A stretch of 64,000 nt of DNA, from positions 13,826,001 to 13,890,000 of the forward strand of contig OZ249445.1 in NCBI GenBank assembly GCA_965235115.1. The letters are read 5' to 3'. The translations under genes were made by a program, and so were the position numbers. Below are positions 23,201-35,200 of the stretch, one piece after another; positions within the stretch are counted from its first letter, which is position 1, and each line of letters starts with the position of its first letter. Origin of the DNA: Laetmonice hystrix. Taxonomy: Eukaryota. The notes under the pieces are model-generated. The model was given only the letters and a program-made list of their open reading frames with translations. It was not told the origin of the DNA and searched no databases.

Positions 23201-26200
23201 AAGAAAGCACATGATCAGATTGCAGACATTCAACGTTAAATGACATGGGAAGATTCATAGGAGATTCAGGAACAGTCTTGAGTGACATGCACACCGTAAA
23301 GAGTTAATTCTCAATCATTCTGCAGTGAGCCAGGTATAACTTCAGTAGCTAAACAAGACATTAGTAGATAGCAACATCCCTTAGTCTATGGACGTGGACA
23401 CAACATGCATAGACAGATATGGGACAGGCCATTTCTTGCCTTATCTGGTAATATACTGATCTTGATCAGTCTTATAATATTTCATTATAGATCTATGTGT
23501 GCTGTAAAATTTTAAGCAATTATTGCATAAAGAATTTGAACTGCTCTTTTTTTCCTGCAAATCACCATGAACTTTCCCAAGTCAACATTATTGATTGGTA
23601 ACTCAAAACTGGCATCATTTCCCCCAGGCTTTCTTTTTTTTCACTCTATTTGTTGATGGATTCCTGAATTTTGTTTTTTCTTATTTTCTAGTTGACTTGA
23701 CAGAAGGGAGAGAGGAAGGGAGGGAGGGATGGTGTCTGGTGAGACGAAATAATGCAACACTTACACACTAGAGGTCACCACTCAAATACACGTGGCTCCA
23801 CTGGTCATGTCTTTTGGTTTTTATGGCAACATTCATGCAACAACCTAATAACAACTTAATAAAGGCTGGGGTGCATAAAAGTCTCCAACATAATGAAATG
23901 ATGATTCATAGACCAAGTAGACATGTCATGGACAACACAGCATGTCTCTGGAAACGAGGCAAAATTATTTTGTTCCTACCACAACAATACATGTGAAAAA
24001 AAAACTTTTGAGAAAAATAACTATGGAGGGTATATGAACAAATTATACTCCAGTTGTGTTGGCATGACTTCTTTTTCCAGTACAGATGTTTAAAATTAAA
24101 TTGAATTAAAATTGAATGCAAAAATAATTAAATATTGGGCAAACAATATTGTTTGAACACCAAACACCAAATCTACATAACCACTGGTGTGCTGCAACAT
24201 AGGTGTTAGGATAAAATAGGTTCAGGTGGGGGCCGAAGTTGTACTTGTTGCCATAGTGACCAAAAGGCATGTAACGGTGGTTTTCTTGATTTGACTCTAC
24301 CTATCAAAGGATGGATGTTGTTGATGACCCCTGTATGGGAATGGTTGGCCCGCCTGGTACTGGGGGCCCTCCTCATACTGAGGGCCCGCCTGGTACGGGG
24401 GGCCTGCCTGGTACTGGGGCTCGGCGGGCCTGTACTGTGGCTCATAAAAGTACTGATGATCAAAAGAGTCTGAGACATCGCGGTCTCGATCAGGCCCGCC
24501 ATCAGGCCGGGGGTAATGTGCCTCACTGTAAAGTGGCTCAAGGTCGCGAGGGTTGAACCTTGTGGGTGTCCCACGACCTTGGGACGAAGCCGGGGAATGT
24601 GGTTGACGTCCTGGTGAAGATGGCGTCAGCTGTGATGCCGAGCCGTGGTAACCAAGGTTCATGCTCGGGTAATCAGCGTAGTTGTCCGTCGGTCCTGGAC
24701 TTCCAGTTGATGCAATACGCTGCTGCACCTGTCTCGTTGTCACAACTTTTGTCACGGTAACCTGTCACAACAATTAACATATTCCCTAATACACCAATTG
24801 CACCAGGCAAGAAAATTATAAAAAAAAGTCAATACAACCAATACAACATTCCCGTCCTTCAATTAACATTGTACAATAAAATGAAATTCATGCTTCAAAC
24901 CAAAAGTCTACATTGCCTGGTACCAATGCTACCTCTGTGTTTCATCACCACCAATCATTTCTCACCTGTTTGGTTTGAGGGTTACTGTTGCGACTGCCGG
25001 CACTTTGTAATGAAGGGTTGGGTGAGTCAAGTTGGCTCCTGGTGTATGGAGAAGTGGGTCCGTTCATAGTCTGTCTGGAGGTTGTATAGGTTGTCATTGA
25101 GGAGTAATGCTCATTACTTGGTGGGGGTCGTGGAGGGGGAGCGCCATTCTCGTCGTGCATGTACTCCAATGGGTCCTCACTGCTCAGCCAAAAACAATAA
25201 AAGCAATGAATGAGATGAAAGTGTTATATACCAACTCGACGAGTCCCAATTAACTCTGTATGAGTTCATCAGCTATAGATAAATAAATAACTAAAAAATA
25301 AGTAAGAAATTTTAAAAAGCCGACATTACAAACAAATCTATTTAAAGGGCCATGTAACTCTTCAAATATACTTTCTGCTGACACCAAACTACCTTGTCCT
25401 CATCCTATCGCTCCACAGGGGATAATTTAGGTCACAAAGTTAGATGTGCAAATATTGTCATCTCTTCAAACAAAATACCCTCACTACTACCTCAATATAT
25501 TGCTAATTAATGCAGTCCTCAGATTATCCTAAAATTCCTACCATAAAATCCATGTACCAGGAAGCATTCCTGCTTATGTCCTACCTTCTGACCACGTTCC
25601 TACTACCACCTTACAACTCCACAACTACTACATTCCTACCAACAAACACCCTGATAACCTCCTCTTTTACCTGACTAGCACCTTCCCCTATTGAATAACA
25701 TGTTTACTTGGAGAAAAACTCCTATCAGTTAAAGAGGGATGTTCACGGTTCAGAAAACACCAATTAATCTTTTAGCAAATACTTTAACAATGCTCTAGCC
25801 CTCCAATGCTGTTCCTTTACGTTTCAAATCTCACCCGTCTTCTAATTATTGCTATGACCGTAACAAAATCCGGAATTTAGGGATATTCTTTCACCACAAA
25901 GTGCTTTTGTGAATTTTGTGAATCAGCGAGAGTGTGTCACATACCCAGCGGTTGGTTTGGTTACGGTCTGATGAACACACATCTAGACAACGGCCCGATG
26001 ACCCCTTTTTAATCCCACTCGAGATCCTGGCCAACCCCTGACAAATGAACACCCTCACAGTATTTATTCTCAATCTCAGTGGTATTTATAATTATGGTTG
26101 TATTCTCGTTCAAATTGTACCCAATCCAACTGACAACGTTTGGCAGTGATGAGACAGATCGTTTCTTACCGAGTGGCCAGTTCGGCGACACCTCAGGTGG

Positions 26201-29200
26201 GAGGATACCTGCCTGTATATATGTACCTGCCTACCTACCTACACACCGACCTATCTATTGGGCCAGAGCCACCACAGCCATAGGCTAGCTCAGTCAATCT
26301 AGGCCACTCTATTTACAAGCTGTCCCCATCCCTTCCGACGCTTTGTCCAGAATGCCTGGATCCCCAATCGTTGCTGATCCGTCATTGGCCACTCATTGTG
26401 AGCGATGAAACCATTCAGCGATGTGGAGGCCGGGGTATCGTTCCGAGGGGCGGCCACCCCTCCGACAACACGCCCTCGGTGACTGGCGGCCGGGCGGGCG
26501 GACCGCCGCCGCCGCCGCCCGCACGGCCGCCTAGTGTAAACACCTTAGCTGATACATCATTAGCGTTCCTTTGTTGTTGCCTTACCTGCGATGACCCGCG
26601 TACATCTTGAGCTCAATGTACGTTAACACCTCACGTTACTCCACCAACGTGCCACTGTACGCTACAGCTACCATCATACTACCGAGTACAAAAACAGCCA
26701 AACACTACACTTACCCGACGTTCATCAACCCACGCTCCTGTAGAACTCTCCTGTCGAAGAGAACACAAAACGAAATGAGCCCGTGCACAGTATGTCGACG
26801 TCACCAGGAGTGGTTGTATACTTGGGTGGCATGCACACATTTGGGGTCAGCGTGGGAAAAACTGATGCGTGACCATGGCGCTTTTTTGGGGTGTAAACTG
26901 GGAGACACTAAAGCATATCCGAGTGGATTTCTGCTGGTGCAGGCAACTCTAATGTTGTCTAGCAGTAAGGGTGTTCATCCTGGCTGTGTGCACGGCAGCG
27001 GTTCTCAATCTGTGTTAATTAGAGCAGCACTCAGTGTGTAAGGACACCGGTACCTGGGGAGGGAGAGAGAGCAACGTATCTCACACGGTGGGGTCAACAC
27101 GGGTGTAAAGTGGTCATCTTTAGTACTTCCCGTCCGTTATACTAGTGCGCCCCGGCCAGGCCAAGCACAGGTAGCGCCCAGGGATGGTATCAACCTGTAG
27201 TCCAACTGGTTCAGTTAACAACACCTTTAGTTTAGAGTTCCTATCAATCACTGTCAGAGTCAGGGTAGGAATGCCGAGATCCGGGTACGAGTACCTATAC
27301 TGGCAGGGGTCATGACACCAGTGATCACGAGCGGTTTGACCACGCCTTCATTGACAACCCTCTGTCCTCTGGTGACACCACCTTAACTCACTGACCACTC
27401 CTCCTCCCTGGACCGCGCTTCCTTTCACTCAACCTTTGACCCCAACATGGTGACAGGGTAGTTCTCAGAAACTCTCAACTCTTTACCCTTTGATGACTCA
27501 GACATTGTAAAGTTCCAGCCACAATTTGAATACCAACATTCCTTTACCGTTGGCAGTACTCAATATCAAATAAACTTTGTACCGTAAGTTATATCTGTAG
27601 GCCCCCTAATTACATTCCCTAGCAATGATATACATTATGCAGTACAGCAGGTATATGTGTTCTGTACATGCAACGAACAGTCGTGAGACAAAATAGAACA
27701 TGTATAGGCATCATGTACCCCGGGTGCTAAACCAGCAACAGCATGCTACACACTGACATAATAATACACACAGCATAACCGGGAAATACTGATAAACTAA
27801 ACTTTTTGTTTGAAAATGAATAAGCAACATATGTTCACATAATTAAACCAAATTGATTTCTCATATGAAAATAATTAATAATGTGGAGGTATACAGTTCC
27901 AGGTCACAGTAAAGTTATTTTCCATACTATCATACATTCTATGATCATACATGTCTATCTAAGAAGGAATTCCAAATTCCTGGCATATACGAAAAATCAA
28001 TAATTCCATAAATCAATGATGTAACAATTGACAGCACCCCGGCGCTATTTACCCTCATCCAAACTCCGCCCTTCCTTCCAATCTATTCTATTTTAACCCG
28101 TTCACTTTGTAATCTCCTTCTTCAAAGGCAAACCATCTAGGTCAAACTGGACTCCGTGAATAGCGAGAGCTGTGGGAAGTAAGCCCACCGGGACCAATTA
28201 CCTATTGACTGAATGTATCAAGGTGCATGCCGACATACCTGGACACGGAAGGAACCAACCACCTATATATGGCGGACCGACCCTATGTTATACATGTAGT
28301 CGACTATATACACCTGGTTTATCGCCATATTTGGAAGCAGGGTCTAACAAGCCTTGCCTGGTAAAACAGCAGGTCCACACGCCAAGATATTTTTTATTAG
28401 TAATAAAGGGTGTTTTTTAACTGGTGATATCATCATCATCAGCACCAACATAGGCGAGCCTTGAATGTCGGTCTTCATTGACCTACTTCTCTGTGAATAC
28501 TCCCAACCACAATGACCAACAGGACATAGCTGGCCCTCCAATAGGCGCGACCTTGACAACCAAGTTATTTTCTACCAAATCAAATGGCAGCCTTTCACAG
28601 GAATTTGACCTCAAAACTGACGAGCACCTTTTTTTGTGGGGTGATAGGTGACAATTACTCAACTGACCTCTCAACTCGAGATCATGAAGATTCTTGGCCC
28701 TAACCTGCACAACTACATATACTACAAGTTATATAGTGCCGTGAACATTTGTCTGTCCTCAAGTATAGTAGTGCACATTCTTTTCTTTTGGCTATGGCAT
28801 GCTGAAAGCACGTTCCCGATAAAAATGCCCAACAAGTTTGACGGTTGACTCACTTCAAGCTGGCCTGGGCCACCAGGGGCATTTTAAATGTGTGTCCAAC
28901 CTAATCTTAGTCCAGGGCCGTTTGCTTACAACTGCTGTATTCGTGCCTCCAGGACACCATGGTGTAGTTCCCACCCACCTTTTGCTGTGAACTGTCATGG
29001 CTGATTGAGGATGATGTTGAAGCGGTACATCCCATCCAGGAGGCATGGTTTAATGGCAGCGTGTCCTCAGTACAACTAACCACCAGTCATCCCTGTCCCA
29101 CTGCTGCTGCCTTCTGTGGTCATGCACGCTCTCAGACGACAAAAGGCACACCACTCTCTGCCCCCTCCCACACTCCCCACAACCGCCACCGCCCCCTCCC

Positions 29201-32200
29201 ACCATCTTATATCGACCCCCTGGAGCCCCTCGTTTAACCCTTTATCCGCCTTAATATCCTCAACGTCTACATATTCTGAGGACGCAAATATTTGCTTCAT
29301 TTCAGACGTGGAAAAAGTTTCACCCGAAATCGCGGTGAAATCTGGGGACCACTACTCTGACTCAGGGTCGCAACGTCCGGTGCATTTAAAAGGCGCACTT
29401 CTGAAAACCACCAGCCCATAAAATTAGGCAGAGCGAGTAAAAATATCCAACAGTTATGTTACCGACGATGTGATTGGATGGTGGGGTACCTAAGGGAGCA
29501 CACAGCCACGTACCCCCTCCCACAATACTGGCAGGTGACAGACAGCATCACTCGCATACCTGGACATCTACCTGTGCACCCAACCCCATAGCAAAAGCAA
29601 TGGTGTGGTAAAGTACCAGTGGTAATCCACAACCAATAAGTATGGTCTTTTTGTTGTCATTCTGGATCTCCAACCACACAATCTTTAACTTCAGTCTTTG
29701 TCCCCAGTCTGGATCTCCTAGCATCCTCCTAACCACCAGCCTTCGTTCTACCTCTGTTAATACCAGACTAGATCCTCAACAATACCGCCAGCCTGTGTTA
29801 CCAATCTGGATCTCTGTTCATATCTGATTACAAAATCCCAATAACACATACCTGGTTAAAGGAAAACAAAGAGAACAAAGTTCAACTAACTGGCTTTTAT
29901 ATTAAAAAAGATTAATTCTTTAAAAAGTTTTTTTTTCTGAAAAATTAATAATATCTGTTGACTACCAAACGGTATTGCTGAATGGGCTAATTACGACTAA
30001 TATGGACACTTTTTTTCCATCACCAATTTCGATAGGTTTCTCCAAATATTTCTGTCGGGCTATTTTTTTTCTATAATGCAATGTACTGACTAACTCAACT
30101 GAAATAAATGTTATTGTCTTCTTATTTCTGCTGCCTGTTATGAGATCTTCTGAACGGACACGGGCGAAATTCAAAGGTCAAAGGTCTGTCGAAGATGAGA
30201 AGCCAAGAAAGCCCGTTTAACCTTCTAACCTAGCAAGATACAGGATCCATTTAAGACGTTATCAATTTCCACATTCACAAAGAAGCATTCAAAGTGAAAT
30301 AACAACGTGATATTCCCTGAGCTGGATATGATTTCAGGCTTCCTACTTATAGTCCTTCCGTCATATAACAATAGAACCTGTATGGATAAACTGGCACCTG
30401 TATGTATAGGGCTACTGGTTTAAGCAGATAAATCTGTTTAGCTACATAAAATACTATTTCATAGGACCTTTGGTCTAACAGACCATTGGTCATACATGTG
30501 TAGAATTTATAACCGATGTAGATTTGTTTAAAAACATTAAGTGGTAGACAATTGTTATCTACGTGCATTAACAAATATAACAGAAGCAAGTAAATAGTGG
30601 TAATATTTGTTAATCTTCCGGACAACGATTCTCTAACAATACAACCACTACACGTAGACACTAATTAACAATTGTTCACATCACTCTTATAACAATAGAT
30701 TGCATAATTACGTATTACCTACGTATCCCAAGCCAAAGTAAACATACGTAAAATCAAGGAAATCAACTGCCATCACAAGGTAGTTCATTAACATTTCATG
30801 CCAGACACAACCTTTGGCATGCAGGGTCTGTAGGGAGGTACAAAGAAAGAAAAACTACCAGTAATTGACTGAGTCAGTCGGACACGTAGCCGTACTGGTT
30901 AGCTGTCACGAGCACAGAACATCTGCTCAAAACACGCATGGCCCACAGCTCATGCCCTTACCGTGGATCCTAGGTTAAATGTATTTAGGAACCTCATATT
31001 CTCTGTTCGCACAGGAATATTTTCCATCTAATCTTCATTTATAACGTTTTATGTAGTTAAAACAAACAGGGTTTTTTTACGGTTCACGAATTTAGCAAAA
31101 ATTCATTTTTGTCCTTCGTATAGTTTAGAAACAAACAAACCACAAACATATACGAAATGTATATAGCTTGTGATGAGTTTTTCAGCAAAACTTGAACTCG
31201 ATCAAATACTGAACAAAATTGCAGGTGTCTGTTGATGCAAAACCGAATATAAATTTAATAAGATTACATGACAATAAAAGAAATCGCATAACCAAAAGAT
31301 GGGGGAATGAGCGGATGATTGATCACAATATGCATAAATCTAGTTAGAAGATAAAGGAGGACATACTGCCCGATGGTGCCGTGAAGGCCCGGCGCCGTTA
31401 GAGGTGATGCACACACTTGATTAGGCCGTCACCGGGAGGAGTTAGTGGCATGGCAAACATAGTTGTGACATACGTTGATAGGTGGCGTTATTTTACCGTG
31501 AGGTGGGAGTCTGCATGATAAAGTAGCGATCGTGATGGCGCTCAGTCCAGCTGCGGATGCAGTATAGAAAGACAACAATCCTCATCAACAAACAGGTCAT
31601 TTAGTTATACCCAAAAATGACAATACATTCATTTTGTGGCTCTACAAAGCAAACTTTAGTTAAGAACTAAGTAAAGAAAAAAGTAAAACAATCTTTAAAT
31701 TTGATTAAGTGTGAAACAAGACTCTGATGTGTGACTTTCTAACTACGGACGTCATGGTATGGGGTTCTAGATATCCGAGAACAATCCTTTGACGCCTATG
31801 TTATATCAATGTGGAATCAGGTTATCACTTCATTCACAATATATAAACTTTCCTAGGAGAAGCACGTTCCCAGTCGCGCTGCACAAGCTCTCATTTCTTT
31901 TATTGCATCAATTTACCTTTTGTCAACTGGCAAATAATAAACGTCTAGCACTAGTCATATCTCCAGCAAAGAGTGCCTTTCAGACCTTTGTTTTACTCAT
32001 TACGACAGTCCTGAATCAGATGTATTGTTGGTTGGTAGCGGATCCCTGTATACAGTCTACATTTTTCTATCGGGATGTTCCATTATGTGTGTTTTTGCCA
32101 GCATGTGGCAATATTTCCTTCTAATGGTTTTGTTCTGATAACTTTTTCTGATCTACCGATTCCTACTTTTACATATGTCTGGCATTTATGATGAAGATTG

Positions 32201-35200
32201 TTTTCATTTGTCTGTATAACGCAACTCCCACTCCAAGTTATGCGCCTATGTTAACTGTCTTTATCACCCACCTTTATGACATCAGGAGGATTACAAACAG
32301 ACTGATATCGAAGGTAGACAAGACTTTTAGCCGATACTCTCTGAGTGAGCACTTCAATACATAACATCTATCCAAGGAATCGTTGGCAAACGTGCCATTG
32401 TATTACGGTCTAGGCCTAGAACGGACACGTGCCCACTATGAGGGTTGTGCCACAAGTTTCCTAGACCCACCATAATTATCCTATCTCTCTACTTCTGCTC
32501 GCCATCTCTTTACCCATCCAAGGAACGACTGCTCCGTAATGACCATTCTCTGATTGGCGAGCCGAGGATTAGCTCTTAACGAGCAACTCTCAATTCTTCC
32601 TGATGCAGTGATAGAGTAATGTGTACAGTCATGTTCTCCAAGTATGGCGACTCGGGTCCATTTGGGGAGTGGGCGAGTAACCGGACCACTGCCATAACCC
32701 CTATAAAAGACGACACTTGCCGCCAGTCCCGGCATTGTCCTCCGGGAGATAATTTGACAGTAGTTATGTTGTAAGGAGAGGCCGTCCATTGGCGCGCCCC
32801 ATAAACAGCAGTAGACGAGACCGCGTGAGCCGGTCTGGTTGAGGCGGGACGACCAGTGGGACCCCACGGCCGCCATCAGCAGTGTCTCCGACTGTCATCC
32901 TCCTGCCCACCCCCGTACACCGCCACCATCGCTGTATGCCAGCCACCACCACACCCATTCATGGCGGCCTATCGTCCGATCGGATTTACTGGCCACCAAC
33001 AAAGCCGGACTGAGGCGGACTTGTCTGGAGTTATTGGGACCTCGCCTTGCCCGCTCCACTCGACGTGATCGACGTCAAGTTCACAAACAACTGTAGGAGT
33101 TCTATTCAATCATGGTTTTGGAGGAAGCCACACAACTCATGTCTGGTTCGATTTGGTTCCCCACAATTTATGATCGTGGCAGTCATTCTTCTTCTCTATA
33201 GAATACATTGTGGGTCGCAATACAATTATGTCTGTTGTATTCTCCACACGCCCTGACCTATAAATCAACATATCAGTCATTGCTAACTTCGTAGCTCAGA
33301 GTTTTTAAATGACAAGCAACGTCCAGTTGGAAGGGCTCTATCAAGAGAAACTAATTTGATAATTCCACCTTTTAAATCCCTTCGCCTGATGCAGCTCTGA
33401 CCAACCCTGAGATTTCTACCGTTGATAAATGAGGCTGATCCTCTACAAACCTGGCTGTATCCATACAGGTCGGATTTAAACCGACATTTTCTATCTCAAC
33501 TCGAGCATATTTCTTTCAGAATCAACTGCTCCTTCTGTCACAGATACAAAACCGAAAATGGGCAATGACAACAAATTACATTTTCAGCAATATCAGCAAG
33601 ATAGATTCAATTTGGCATCACATGTCTCATTCAGATATAGCCTGTTTCATTCGAAGTCCTTATGGTTTAAAAAGAAGCAGAGCAAACTTAATTTAACAAC
33701 AGCAACGAGTAACTTTAAACGATGATGCCTCAGGGCAAACACGTGCTGTTACTGCACTCCAAAGAGGTTCTTTTAAGAAGTCGCGTTTCAAATTTAATAG
33801 AAACGCAATACTGAAGAACTGATGCTTGCCATCAGATACTTAATGTTTCGAAGCAGGATTTCTTCTCGTTGTGGAAGGCGGTAAGAAAAATACTAAAAAC
33901 TCGTATAAAATATCGACACTGTAAAATCTTTCCCCTGCCCTGCAAAGCATATATTCTGCTTCGGTGCTGAGCCAGTTTCTCAATGTCATCGGCCTGTAAT
34001 GTGATTGTACATAACTTGATTAAAACTTGACCGCACAGTTGCTTAAAGCCGGGTCTTGTGTGACAAGTACCGCGTTACTTGGAGCAAAACAATACCAAAT
34101 GCAACACGCGGCATGATTCAAACTTAGACACCAACCATTTAAAAAAATCCATCAACACATCAAAAGTCATTTCATCTTTTGGTTTTCCAGTCAGGCATCT
34201 TAGAACCAAGACAAGGCAGATAGTAGCTAAATGTTAGCCTCGGTCTGGGTTGACTCCGGGGAATAAATTACTTACTTGTATCTCTCCATTTCTGGACTGT
34301 TGGGCATTGCCCCCACCACCGGGTAATCCATTATGGTAATCGTTCGACCAAGACTGACCATTCACTGCTCATCAAATCTTCCTACCCCTGGACTGCACAA
34401 TCTTCCTACTCCAGTGAGAATTCCTTGTGTGCCCATGCCAACTTTCACCCTTCCCTTCCACCTAATACAGCATAATAACGGTTTCTGTGCTGCTTTCAAT
34501 AATTACGATAAGAAACGGGAGATACACGTTACACTGGACGGGCTGACCCGATTCGCAGTCACATAAGTGAAGACTTATCAATGTCTAACATATCGACATT
34601 ACCGTGCTTTCATTGTGAGTGCACAGATCAAGTAGGCAAGTCTAAACAAAATCTCTACTGGTATATCACTCTTATCTGAGTACGACTTAGCCTTTCGCCT
34701 TCACCAGCCTCATATTCCAATTGTGAAAGCAAACATGACATTTGGTGTCAAATTCCGATAAGAACTGCTCATATAAGGCCTCCTGATTGCCACGGAGTGG
34801 GGCAGATATGTGAACAAAAATTACATTTTGCGGTAAAAGCAAGGAATTTGACACGAAGGAACGTTATGTGTACCTAACCAATTTAAAATATACATGTAGT
34901 TCCAAGCTGAATTTTTGTTATCCTTTTGCACTACCCAAGTTATGACTTACTATGCAGGACGGGTGTGCTCTCCTCAATTACGGGGTTGAATCTGTGGCAG
35001 AGAGCTGTGATAGCAAAGGCAGGCAAGCATCCATTCAGGGCCTCCACCATTCAATACGACTCAATTCGGAATCAGCCCAATCTATGTCGTCAAGAGGGCT
35101 CATATTGCCTCATCCCAAGCCAAAAACAGACTTGTTTACGACACTATAAAATTGGTCTACCTTGTTAGTTTCCAAACCGGATAATTTGGTTGTTTCATAC

